From contig CM120645.1 of the NCBI GenBank assembly GCA_051362555.1, positions 15,066,001-15,130,000 of the forward strand: DNA of 64,000 nt, read 5' to 3'. This stretch comes from Lingula anatina (taxonomy: Eukaryota > Animalia > Brachiopoda). Shown piece after piece: positions 1 through 13,500 of the stretch; the first letter of the stretch is position 1, and each line of letters begins with the position of its first letter. The notes beneath the pieces were generated by a model, which was not told the origin of the DNA, searched no databases, and worked only from the letters and a program-made list of their open reading frames with translations. The position numbers and the translations under genes are program-made.

Positions 1-3000
1 GGCTATCTCCTCAGAAGCAGTATAAATTGAAAGCACTGCATCTGTACTCTCCAAACAATAATGAAAAGCATCATGTCTTTCTGTTCATATCTAAATGCAA
101 ATTTGAATCTGTCCAATAATGATCTCTAGCAAAAAAAATCCTTTTCTACTTTTTCCCCCTACAAAGCCTCTTCTGTGATCACCAACAAGATTAATTCGTT
201 ATATCATTCAGAAATATGATTTGTGGTATGAAATGGTAATTCGGTCAATATCTCCCCCTATCACCTCCATTTGCTTGAAGGCATGGCTCAAGTCTATACT
301 GGATCAGGGTTGATGAAAATGGGAGCGTGTGAATCCGCCATATATGTTATCGATATTCTGGCTCCACGCTGTACTTACAGGGCCCTCTAAGTGTTTTCCG
401 AGGTATTCAACTTTTGAAGAAGAATTGAGATAGTGTTTAGCATTATCATTATTATTATAGTTGTTCAGTTTTAGCCTAGCATTCCTTTACTGTTGGAACT
501 TGGAAGCATCCAGTTTGCAGACTTTGTTGATGTAGAGGTAATCTGTTCACATTATTAAATATAATACTAGTATATATATATAAGACAAACGTTTTCTGGA
601 AGTGGCCAAAAATTATTTTGTCAATAAGTTCGATGTTTTCTGCACTAAATCATTTATTTAAATTCTTCAGGGAAAAACTGGGAAGCATCCTTTGTGTGTT
701 GAGGTTGGACATTTTTATGGGATAAATAAACTAAGCATGGACTGATTCAAATAATGCAAGTTGAGGTGTTTTTATCCTTTTTCGATACTGTTGTCCTCAA
801 AAAAGGACAATATGGTGTTTATACTTTTTACAGTCCTGATAGCTCCAGTATGTTCTATTTTAGGGATCAGTTCCCTGACAAACGAGATATTTATCAAAGA
901 CAGTAAATTCAAAGTTGAGTACTAGTACGCACATGGAGATGAAACTTTTATTTGCTTTGATATGTGTGATAACTTTTTTTCATCTGAAGAGTCACACTGT
1001 ATTGTCATTTTGTCCTATGACCCAATTTTACCTGCCATACTATATGATGTGTTTTTGTATAATTTTTACAGACCTGGATATTGCGTGGATCTTGGTAACT
1101 AATGAGGCATTACTGATACAGACATATTATGATAACCAGTTGCATTTAGCCAGTACTTAAAGGAAGTATGGTCTGATATATGTTTTAACTATTTTAACTG
1201 CTGAACCATTGTAACCAGTGTGCATTGGATTACTGTCCAAAAATAGCTGGTGCCACTTAATGGTAGTTGGGTCTGGTAGGTAAAGTGGTTATGATACAGG
1301 TACTTGAAAAGACAAGGAATTTCATACAGAAATGAGTCATTTGTGCAGCAGTCATGCACAAAATGTTGTATAATGTATGCAACTTAGAAATACTGGAAAT
1401 TGGTGAAAACCAGAAGCTTTTTTGGCCAACTGTTGCCTTTGGTTGACATGATTAAAGGTTCTTCTTCAGTGCTGCAGGAAGAGGGAAGAAGGTAGCAGGT
1501 AAATGCAGTGATTAGCACATTACATAGTTGACTGTGTCTTTATAATTAGGCATTTAAGGCAAACTAAGATACTAGTAATTGAAACCAGCATATTGTCTTG
1601 GTATTAGTCTGTGATCAGGAGCTTATTCCATGTATGTTCTAGTGTTGTATTTTAGAATTGTCAGGAAAGCTGGATGAAATTTTATCTAAAGGAAGTGAAC
1701 TTGTTTCAAAGAAAATTTATAGGATATTCAATATTGTGACATTTGTGATGCATTGAAATAGAAATTTATAATATGGGGGATTATAACTGAAATACCCACC
1801 GTGACACGTAGGAATGGTAGCCTTTGAGGCTGGATAGAACAGTAGTCAAAGCTCCTTGCTTTTGACACTCACTGTATGATAGTTTGCTTTTTTGTAGGAG
1901 CCAAAATGGTTCTTCTCTATATTGTGTTTCTTAAGTGGTTGTATTACTTTGACTGTTCTAAAAGATTATGACAAAAAATATGTACTGTTTTTCAAAAAAA
2001 AAGAGAAAAAAAAATTGTAGAACATATTCAGTTTGAGGTATTATAATCATGGAGCCACAAGTTTTAGTTGCAGAAATAGCCACCCACTTTTGTTTTTGTT
2101 TTTTTTTTCTCCTCATTTTCTAAAAATAATTTCAAATATCAATTAATTGGAGGGCTTTATTGATGTGAAAATTTTGCCCATGTGTACCATCTTCATTCGC
2201 TCAATGTTAGTATTTTAACCAAATTGCTAACATAGACATGCACTGATCTCGCAAGAGAGACTTTTAACTTGTATTAAACCTTAGCGACACTGCTAGTTCA
2301 CCGTGCTCTTCATTAGTGGAAATTACCCAGAGAGCAGATTTTGTCTTGTAGTAGGCCATTGAAAGCACATGCATCTTGCACCTAACATCATTATTTTCCT
2401 TTTATTCCTACTCTCTCAATTGCTATCTTCCCACTTGCATTATATTCTTTTATTTGCATGACCTTTTCCTTCCTGTAGTCCCAGTGTATTTAAATGAGAG
2501 CTATTACTCTTTCATTGCAATTTTTTTGGGGAGAGATGCCGATTTCTATGTGAGGATGTTAATTAAGGGAGAGTCATAATGGGGGGAAAGGATGACTGCA
2601 CTATCGAAAATAACTCAGTTGGTTCTGCAAAAGAAAACATGTCACTGATTAAGTGTACAACATGCAACAACAAAGGATATGACTAATCAAACAGCCGATT
2701 CTATTTGAAAAAATGGGTTTGAATGGTTTCAATTATCATTGCACACTTCTATCACTCGTTTGTATACATCTATATAGCCGCCTCTGTCATATCCTGTTTT
2801 CTACATTTTTTCTTCTCATCTGCTATCAATTTTCTTATCAGTATTGCTGTTTTCTGCAGCATGTCACACAAGAGGATCTTCCTTCTTTCTTTATAGATTC
2901 AGTTTTGTTAAAAATATCTTAAGTGCCTTGCTTGATATGTTCCATATCACCATCTCGGAGTTGAACTAGAGTCAGTAAAGCATGATCAAATGATTTATAT

Positions 3001-3548
3001 TTTTAGAAGAGAACTACAAGTTCAGACTAATGTATGCTGGGCTGGATGAGAGAGATCGATAAAGTCCTTGCATTAAATATATTATATCGGCATTTGCCAT
3101 TTCTATGTGGTAGGAAAATTGCCGACTGATCAATGGGGAAGAGAAGCCCGGCAAAGCACTGGCTGTCTGTAGTGTACTTGGTAGGTGGGTGGGTTTGTGA
3201 ACTAATTTATAACACAGCATGAGGAGTAGTGCAGTTCTTATGGAATTCATTTTAGAAATAAAATTGGTAGATTTATATAAGTAGTCGGTAGATATATCAT
3301 AGAGACTGAGCTGGGCAGGCATTGCCATATGGTGTATAATTTGACAGTGTGCCTGTTTTACTGTGTTTTAGATGCTGCACTTTAATTTAAACAAGTTATA
3401 TAATGAAATTTTTTTTTATTTTCAAAGGTTAGTTGAATATATGATAAAGGGGTACAAATGTGTCATTGATCTTAAATGATGACATACATGCCTTAGAACA
3501 GGCTACATGATGTAATCTCAAATTCATATATATTCAGTAGCCATGTAC

Positions 3549-5488
3549 TTTTTATGTACAGACACAGATGTGTCTGTACATATTGCCATCACCTGCGTCT
3601 GTCGTCGCCGTCGCCGTCACCGATCATGTCGCCGTCGCCGTCGCCGTGCACTTTCAGCGTTAACACCATAAGTGGAAGACAGTTTTACTTTTTGGCTTTA
3701 TATTTACAGAGCTGACTAATATTCATAAAACGCAGGTCAAGTTCGAAAATCAGCATGATCAGGCCATTATTGTAGAATTTATGCTGTTTTTTCACTTTTT
3801 AGCATATATGCAACACTGTTAACACATTTCAAGGAAAACCGATAGACCTGTTGTCATGAAACTCACAGGAGTAATCAGTCTTACTAAAACGCAGATCAAG
3901 TTCGAAAATCGGCATGATCGGGCCACTATTTTAGTATTTATGCTATTTTTTCACTTTTCAGCATATATGCAACACTGTTAACACATTTCAAGGAAAACTG
4001 ATAGACCTGTTGTCATGAAACACAGGAGTAATCAATCTTACTAAAACGCAGGTCAAGTTCAAAAATCGGCATGATCGGGCCACTATTTTTCTAGTTATGC
4101 TGTTTCTTACACTTTTCAGCATATATGCAACACTGTAAACACAATATTAGAAAAACAGATGGGCCAATTGTCATGAAAGTCACAGGAGTGGTCAATTTTA
4201 CTCAAATGCAGGTTGAGTTCATAAATCAGCATAATCGGGCCATTATTTTTGAAGGTATGCTGTTTTTTCACATTTCCTCAGATTCAGTTTTTAGGCATGT
4301 TAACAGTCTCGTTATTAAACTAATAAGATACGTGAAAGTGTTTGTTTGACATTTCCTGCATCTTTACAACATTGTTAGTTGATTTTGTAAAAATGATGGT
4401 AAACATGTTATCGTGTATTGTGTAATAAAGTTTCAAAAATGGAAATAAACTCATATCATTGCAGTTTGTCAGATTCAATCATTCACTATGTTCAGAATCT
4501 CAGAATGGAAGAAATTGGACATTTAACACTGCTCTATTGATATTTTTCTCATCTCATCAATTTTCTTAGTTGATCATATAAAAATGGCAGTAAACTGTTA
4601 ATTTTATTTTATGTTAAAAATTGTTAAAAATGGGGGAAAAAACATTTCAGAACAGTGCTGTCTTGTTTACATTTTGGCATTTTCAAGTTGTGACTTTGAA
4701 GTTCCATGGGCCTGAAGACCTTTGCTAGTCACATTTTCTGAATATCCATGATACTAATATTTTATTATTAAAAATTGATGGTCATTATGCTGTTAAACAT
4801 TATGTAATATTGCATCAAAATTTGAAAAAACCTATTTTGGGCACTGCTCCCATGATTACCTTTTAAGAAAAACCATGTCACTTACTGTGCTTACAGGAAA
4901 GAAACATGGGACTAAAATACAGCTTCAGTAGGCAATGCAATCTGCCAGTTAAACAGTTTTTTTGTGAAAATTTAATTTTTCACATATTGGCATTTTCAAG
5001 GTGTGACTTTGAACCTCCACAGGCTTGAAGACCCAGGCTAGTCACATTTTCTGAAAATCCATGATACATATATTTTGTTATTAAAAATTGATTGTCATTA
5101 TGCTGTTAACCATTATGTAATATTGCATCAGAATAGAAGAAAACACAATTTTGGGTACTGCTGCCATGATGACCATTATGGGAAAACCATGTTACTAATG
5201 ATTGCCAAACTTTCAAAAAAGAAATACAGGACTAAAATGCAGCCTGAGTTGGAAAAGCAGTCTAATTGACTTCTTTTTCTGGAAAAGTGTGAACTTGAAC
5301 TCCCATGGGCCTGAAGCCTTATACTTGTTTCACATTTTACTTACATTGGTATTACCTGTTGAGCATAATTAAAATTTGATGTTGAATTTGCAGTTTAACA
5401 TAATGTACTTTTGCATCAGAATTGACAGTAGCCTATTTTGTTATTTCCTGCTTTTTGTCTGTACATTTGACAGCTTTGCTGCCTTGTT
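3549..5488 (+). mobile_element. Non-autonomous Helentron-associated element (HINE/DINE-1-like), copy 1
   Basis: Starts in a T-run. 5' palindrome TATGTACAGACACA-ga-TGTGTCTGTACATA, (GTCGCC)n microsatellite, four ~160-bp tandem units, then ~310-bp units. 3' subTIR TGTCTGTACA followed by a CAGC-ttt-GCTG stem-loop and a T-run. Related copy at 33976-35838. Confidence 0.85.
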
Positions 5489-8228
5489 ACTTTTTATCCT
5501 TTGCCGTCTCTTTAGGTGATTAATATAAATACGGATCAGCAAGGAAATAAGAAAAAATTAGAATGTTTCAGACTGGCCCTGCTTTTTTTTTTTTTTTTTT
5601 TTTTCGAGTATGTCACATACATGCAGGCCTGGAGAAGGAATGACAAGGTTCATTCTAGCATGATATTGGTTTCAGCCCCATGGCATGATGAACGTCAGTC
5701 GACTAATTCTTTTAATGAATCGTGGGTAAATAATGTCAGCCAACTAATTCTTTTAATGAAACATCAATGACAAACAATGTTCAAATGCTTTAGCATATTC
5801 TCGAGCAAAATTTGATTATTTTGGGCAGTTGTTGAAAAAATTGTACATGAGGATGAGGCAGGAGTTATGATTAATTGAATAAGTAAAATAGACGGGTGTA
5901 GATTTTAGGATAGCAATCTCTATGACAGGCAGTGGAGTAGTAGGTAAGAAAAATGCAGTTTAATTTCTTGTTTCTAGATTGATTGAAGGTATTAAGTTCT
6001 TTTGCTCAGGTGTCTGGGCTGTTTACACTAGTGCTGTTTTTTTTTTTTTTTTTTTTTTTTAAGGGAGGGGGGGGTGTCTAAAATGGATTATTACCAAGTA
6101 GACTTGCATACTCCTTGTGCCTGGTTGGAGACCTACTACATAACTTAAAAGTGAAGACAGATGCTGAATTCTACAGTAGCTTAGAGACTAAACACATTGC
6201 AGGAAAAAAAGATGCTGTTCAAGGAGTGAAGATTAGGAGGGACCTTTACAGAAGATTATGTAAATATTAATTAATCCCATGTTGTTTATAAAGTTGCTGG
6301 GCAAAGTAGGCCATTTTGTTAAGCACCAAATGCATTAAAGGGCTGCCATAGGAATAGGAAAGCATTTGCAGTGCTAGGAGAGAGTGTTCTTGGTGATTCA
6401 GTTTCAGAACATCAATTAAATCTGCGAAGACCTACCTGCATGAAATGTCAAGATATTCCTTATCTGCCCAGAAGTATGCTGCCACCCTCGCATTAAAGTC
6501 ATGACCGAGGAACTATTTCCATGAGGAAACTGCTCGTCAAAATTATCGAAGCAACTTAGCATCAGTCCATTTTCTTGGAAACCATTAACTTTTTAATTTC
6601 AGTTTATGTTAAAGGGATTTCTGTCTTTAGGAGCATCACTAACTTCTGTGGATCCCATTTTTATGAACAGACACTAGTTAACATGTCTTTTACCAACCAT
6701 GTGTGTCGTGTTCTTTGTGGTTTTGTTTTGTTTTTTATTCTGACTTTTAACTTTGCAACCTACAAAAAATATAGCATGGAAGTGTTTTTAGTATTATGTA
6801 GATTGCATTATATTGAATCCTTGCTCAGGATCAGATGGAAGATTAATTAGATTTTATATGGGTAGAATTATACATGTTTAAAAGTACTTTCCATTTTTCA
6901 CTTTTTGCTGCTTTACGAAAGTGAATGATCTGTTCATCTGAATGATCTTTCTTTTGGACACACAAAAAGATTTATTAAAAATGAGAAACATGCTATTGGT
7001 GTATGCAGAAAAAAAGATGCTACCTGTACGGAGTGAAAAAAAGAAAGCCACAGTAGCAGAACCAGTCAAGTGTCTGTGGTGGCCCTGCTTGACATTACAC
7101 AGCAGTGCCTGCTGACATATAGACCTTGTAGTGTTGTCATTCTGGAGGCAAAACCCACTACTCAGGAGTGCAGAGGGTTTCACAATAATAACACCAATTC
7201 TAAATATTCAGAGCTATGAGACGAAGACCTGGAGAAGCAAGTGGTTTTCTGTGTTTTTCCCAGGAAATCTAGGCAAATGTGTAGTATTGACTTTGCCACT
7301 TGAAGCTTACTTTCCAGATCCATACTCTCTCTCACTTTCTCCACTCATCAGATGCCCAGCAGTGCTAAATCTCCATGCCTGTTATTCAATGTTCTGCTTA
7401 TATTGATTGCGAGGAAGTTCTTTCTATGTGCAAAATCTTGAAGCAAAGAGGTGGACAAATATTTGTCTGAAGTGCAGATGCTAAGGAGCATATGCAAAGT
7501 TCTCTGGCACTTGAATCTGAATATCTGATGGATTTAGACGTATTAGCATATGCCTCAGCCTCTCTGGAATGCCCAGTGTATGAGTCCGAGCTGATAAGGC
7601 AGCTGAGGTTCAGAAGTAAAAGGTGGGCCTAAAAAGGCCACTGGGCTGGGACTTGATGAAAATCTGTAGAGCTTCTGTAACTTATCACAGGGATCTTTAC
7701 TAGTAAATTATATTCTCTTCTGGTGGTAATATGTTTAATACTGAGGCCATGCGGGTATGTTTTTGTGAGAAAAATATCAGTGTGATCTGACATGAAAATG
7801 GCATACTTTTAAATACTGAGTCAAAATTTTGTCTTCACTGGGCTATTTTGGAAATGCATTTCCTGTCCAATTTTTGGAAAATGGAGCCAGTCTGTTTAAC
7901 AATTTTAACTTTGGTTATAGGTTTTAAAGTATGTGCCTTTTGCACATTCAAGTTTTTTGATGGTTGAAGATTGTCTTGTGCCCAATTGTCAGTGCCCAAT
8001 TTTTGTCATAAGAAGACCAACTATGGTCATTTACTCAGTGGTACAAAATGCACAGAAGGCAACTCAATATAGTTCAGACTTCAGACTGATCTGTATCATA
8101 TACATATTATATATCATTAGTCGCCAAATATGCTTGCTGTTTTTGAGGACTTGATGTTTGTGAACAGACATTTTGCTTAAATTTTGTGCTTATTAACGTT
8201 TACGATTTAGCTATTTGTTCCTGCTTTA

Positions 8229-9009
8229 TGCCCCTATTTCACACAGACCACGAATCCCACGAATGGCCATGAATTGACAAATTTCACAATTCGTGGTTGA
8301 ATCGTAATCAGTTCGTGAAGTTCTTAACAGATTCGTATATATTCGTAGTCAGTTCTTGCACTTCTTGACCAACAGGAATGGGTGGCAAAAACTTTGATGC
8401 CCCTGTTTCACACAGACCACGAATCCCACGAATCGCCAGGAATTGAAAATTTGGTTGAATCGTAATCAGTTCGTGAAGTTCTTAACAGATTCGTATATAA
8501 TCGTAGTAAGTTCTTGCAATTCTTGATCAATCGGGAATTCGTGGCAAAAATTTTGAGCTGTTCATAGTTTTGGCCACGAACTCCCGATTCCAAAAAATCG
8601 TAGTGAGTTTCTGGACAATATTCGTGCGATTCCAGCTGAATCCCACGAATATTCGTAACACTATCGCACCTGTATCGTAACTGAATCGTAGAGCGTGTCG
8701 AATTAGACCAGAAAATTGGCAAAATCTCACGATTCCAGCCGAATCCCACGAATATTCGTAACACTATCGCACCTGTATCGTAACTGGATCGTAGAGCTTG
8801 TCGAATTAGACCAGAAATTTGGCAAAATCTCAAGATTCCAGCCGAATCCCATGAATATTCGTAACACTATTGCACCTGTATCATAACTGAATCGTGAGCG
8901 TGTCGAATAAGACCAGAAAATTGGCAAAATCTCACGAATCCTCACGAATCCTAAAATTTGTCAATTCCTGGAGATTCTTGGGATTCGTGGTCTGTGTGAA
9001 ATAGGGGCC
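8229..9009. mobile_element. MITE / non-autonomous DNA transposon, PIF-Harbinger-like
   Basis: ~55-bp TIRs (GCCCCTATTTCACACAGACCACGAATCCCA... / ...TGGGATTCGTGGTCTGTGTGAAATAGGGGCC) with TTA on both flanks. Second copy of the left end at 8399 and three internal 103-bp units. Confidence 0.85.
8628..8936. repeat. 3 x 103-bp tandem repeat inside MITE
   Basis: GATTCCAGC.GAATCCCACGAATATTCGTAACAC... recurs at 8628, 8731 and 8834. Confidence 0.92.
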
Positions 9010-9719
9010 TTAACCAAGTAGTACACCAGTCAGAAACAACATTGAAGAGAAAATTGCCTGAAAGTAGCATGTTGATGACAACATTATATAACAAGATCTC
9101 ATAAATATTGTGGTTTTAAAACAATGGAAAATAAAAGGTCTTTAAATTATATTTTCAAAATAATACTGTAGATTGCTGAATGACTCCACCTACTTGACTT
9201 AAAAAAAGAAAACAAAAAGTGAACATGGCTACTGTGTCATAGAATCATCGTAATCAATATTGGGGGTGGTATGTGTTTGACTTGGCATAATAACATGTGG
9301 TAGCAGTGGGACCATGTGGTTGTGTTGAGTATGCTATTGACACAACCCAAAACACAGTCAATTATTAGAATGTGGGGGAGGATATGATGAGACCAATAAG
9401 TTGTTTTCTACATTCTGATTGTTTTTGCGTCATGTTTTTCTGTTTTTGTGAAAGTGAGGCAAGAAAACAAAACACTCTTGTGTTGTACAAATGGATGTAG
9501 TTAGCAAGTTAAGTAAGGTAAATATGCTTTTTTAGCGTTATAAATAAAAGTGTTTTCTTCAGTCTGCATCATTAACTGGGTGTACTTTTAGTTTCTAAGT
9601 GTAAAATTAGAAGGGGAACTTGCCAATTTATCTAAAGTGAGTTTTATAAGAAGGCAAACGCCATGTATTTATATATTGGTGTAGGTGCAAGAGATATTTA
9701 AAATATACAAAGGAAGATT

Positions 9720-10022
9720 TGTATTATTCGTGCTTAGTCTATTTTAAATAGTCTCCAATAATAAGATTGATTTTAAGAAAGAAAATATTTGAAGGTCATT
9801 CAAATTATTCAATATTAGATATTTACCCATGTCTATTATGTATTATTCTGTTATTATTATTAAAGCACTCAAATTATGATTTGTCTTAGACCATATATGA
9901 TAGATAAATAGGAAAAGTCTCCACTAATAATATTGATTTAAAGAAAAAAGATTGATTTAAAAGTGGTTCAAATTATCCAAAATTAGATATTTACCCAGAG
10001 TAAATATTATTTGTGCTTAGTA
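9720..10022. repeat. Diverged local duplication (~166-bp offset)
   Basis: GTCTCCA.TAATAA.ATTGATTT...TTCAAATTAT.CAA.ATTAGATATTTACCCA at 9751 and 9917. Confidence 0.7.
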
Positions 10023-10531
10023 TTTGACAAGCTGTCGGCAGTATTCACCCATACTGTACAAGGTGTTGTATTTCCCTATATCTTATACAGTACTTATTGA
10101 GTGAGTGGTGCTGACATCAATGCTTATATTCCAGCCTGGCTTCAGCTCAGTTCTAATATCATCAGTATGGAAAGGTTAGATGTCAATATTGTATTGATTG
10201 CTGGTTGGAGTAAATGTCCACTGAGCTTGTGTGATAATCATAACAACTTTTCTCATGCAGCAGGGAGGCACTTTTATTATTCAAAGACTATTTACAAGTG
10301 ATATCAAAATGGCAGACTGGTCGTTGAGTAAAGTGATCTGATTCTGCGATGGACAGATTGTCATGTCAGGGAAGAAGCCTGTGATGGGTTTTTGGGGTTG
10401 TTTTTCCTCTTCCCTACTATTGCTGCTTTCCAGCGGAGACCTTAATATGATAATCCTACACATTTAGTCATAACGTACATTTCATTGATTGTATTTTGCA
10501 GTATATTTATACCTGTGTGTTGTCTTTCCAG

Positions 10532-10573
10532 GTGAGAACAACAGGCTGGCCATAAGAGGTGGAAATTTGCCAG
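10532..10573 (+). other. Candidate recursive splice site / 42-nt RS-exon
   Basis: tgttgtctttccAG|GTGAGA (acceptor abutting a donor), followed 42 nt later by CAG|GTAAGA. Confidence 0.35.
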
Positions 10574-13500
10574 GTAAGACAACAAATTATGTCGAAAAAT
10601 GCCAATAAAAGGCATCTACAATGGATATCTGAGTATGCCATGTTTCTCCAAGCATATGTCATTGCTTCATCATCAGTAAAAGGCCTCTGAAGACTACTGG
10701 CGTTCAATATTCTTTCTGTGTGTGACTTTTCCGTCATATGTTTAATGGTTAAATTTTGTATAAAGGAGCAAGTGTTACAGATAAATTGTCTAATTTTAGC
10801 ATAGATCAGAGGACGTCTCAGTAGAAGTGGCCACACAGGGAGGACTGGACTGATGCCATAGTTTGTTTGTTTTTTTCTATGATGTAAGTACTCTTGCTTA
10901 GCAAATCCTTTGCTTTATATATGTTTATGTGGGTGAACTGGCTACAGATAATGACTAAGTCAGTAATGAGCTGCACTGATTACAGATGGGTTAAGCTGAA
11001 GCTAGTGAAGCTGACAATTTTTCGGGGCTGGTTGAACATATTGGGGAAAAAAACAAGTAAGGTCATATTGGGTTATTTTATATAAATATTCTGTTACCTT
11101 TCTTAACTGAGTACGATGTTAGAGCCTGCATGTAGCTATAACCAGCCAATTGCAAAGTAGGAAATAAGTAAAGTATAAGGGAATAGCAAACTAGGCAATA
11201 GAAAAGATTGTTGGACTAATGTGCCTTACAGGGAATCTTCACAACATGTTCCTACCATCCACCATCTTGAAAAAATTAATAGTGTACATCGTTTAATTGG
11301 GATGTTAGAGAAATTGCCTATGATTGGCTAATGGAAATTGTTAATGGACACATCACTGGTTTGTGGACTCGTGCTTGTATAAATTGTTCTTAATAAAATG
11401 TAGTGCATGTATGTTAAGCAATCTCTGTCAAGTGATACACGAAGCATTTTATGATAGACTGGCTTTTGATGACAGGAAGGTAAACTTATCCTTCTTTGCT
11501 ATATACTTTGGTTGCGGATGTGCTTCTTTGTTTAGCATTCTGTCTCTGAGGATTATTCAACCGTACGTAATGATGTAATGAGTATATAATGGCAAGTTTT
11601 TTTCCTATCATGCATCAGCCTTTCAATATCTATTGGTATTGAAGTCTAACATTTTCCACCCGGCTCTATGAACTAACAGCACAGCTCATATAAGCCAGCA
11701 AATGTGTCCTTGCAGCAGTCATAAATATTACAAAATAGACATTTATGTCGCTGGCTGCTCTACGTGCATGCACTGGAACCAGGCATTTGTTGGAGATGAT
11801 TTGATTAATCCAAGGGCAGAGGAGCGTACAGTTAGGTAGGAATCAATTAATAGAGGCAGAATTTACATTTACTGGTTTATAATAGTTTTTGAAGTCTACT
11901 TGATTGGTGAAAAAAAATGAAACTGTGTGAAATTCTTAAGCCTGATAACGATTGTTTTTACTTATTGATTTGCAGAGTGAGGTAATGCAGTCAACCTGTT
12001 TATTTGTTGTCTTATGCCTTTTGAAACCAGTGTGTTCAGTCTTATTATAAGTGCCATGTAATTTAAAAAATGTTTATGTTATATTTTGTACCGTGTCTCA
12101 GTTTTGCCTGCTTTACTTATTCAAATATCATTCCTTATGAGAAGGACCAAATTAAATATTGAATAATGGCATTCATTTTAGTGAAAATGAAATTGTACTT
12201 GGATATGTGATGTCCATTAGAATAGTGAGTGACATTCTGATTTATACATGATTTACTAGAGTGTCTGTCTAGGAGTAACTTGTGACTTGACCCTGTGTGC
12301 AGCTCCTTTAAAATACTCATAGCAGAGTGTGGCTGGGAGGCATACATTACTGTATGGCCTTACCATCTCAGTGTGGCTTGTGCAATACAGGGTTCTATGC
12401 CAGATATTTCAGTCTGTTCGAGGACATATATAGACTTGTGGACCATATCCTGCCATTCTATACAACAAATTCTCATAAGACATATGAAACACGGAAATGT
12501 CAGTCTTCCAGATATGACTGTGGTAGCAGGTCCATGTTTCTTTTCTGTAAGGTGGAGAGCAACCGTGGCTTGATAGACTGAGATTTTGTAATGTTGGGTA
12601 TGGATTTTTTTCTCTTTGCCATAAGGTGACAGCTTTCCAAAAGGAAATGCTGGCCTTACTACTAGGCATGTGGGCTTTTCCTTCTTTATCAGTGTTGGCA
12701 TTTGTTTTGAGCAAACTTCAGAGATAAATGAAAATTTCATTTTCTTTTGGGAGATGGTTACCAATAGTTACTGGGTTTAAGGTGTTTCTTTCCTGGCGTG
12801 AATAGGTTCGGTTTAAAAAAGGATATTGACCTAACAATGTGCATTCATTTTAAACAAAGATTTAAATGGTTATAGTTGAGGAAATTACAGATACTATAAA
12901 TAGGAAGAAAGAATATATATGTAATCAGATCCAGTTCAATACCCAGATTTACCTCCTTTATCATGTGGATTTTAAAAAGGAATTATATATAATGTTGCTT
13001 GGAAATATTGATTATTCTGAAGACATAATGGGAGTTCAGCCTTGAGATTGGCCTAGTTTTTCATGGCAGGTGGTTTTCTACTCACCTGAAGTTCATTGGA
13101 GTGATGGTTGGTTAATATTTTGTTGTTCTGAGGGAGTGTGAACATTACAATGGATGGATTCCCCCTGTCCCTCTGGTGACATAGAACAAAGACAGTAAGC
13201 ATCATAACATGGAGATGTTTCCCAGTGACAGTGCTATATAATACCTAAGGCTGAAGTATTTTATTATTATTAGTACTATTTTATTTTGAGCTTGTATTAT
13301 GGTATTCACTATCATCATGGCTGCTTGGATTCACATGGTTCAAGAAGAGAAAGGTTTGGTTATATCCTTAATCTCTCAATCTAAAAAAGCTGTCTGCTTG
13401 AAATGAGAATCAAATGGTAACTGACAGTCTTTGATTTAGCTGGAGAATAGAAAGAGTTTAGGGATTAATGTCATGTATAACAAGAAATAATTGATATCAT

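Noticed and set aside
8408-8945. ORFs of 141, 67 and 72 aa with repeated peptides
   Set aside because: Translations of the 103-bp tandem repeat inside a MITE; no transposase motifs.
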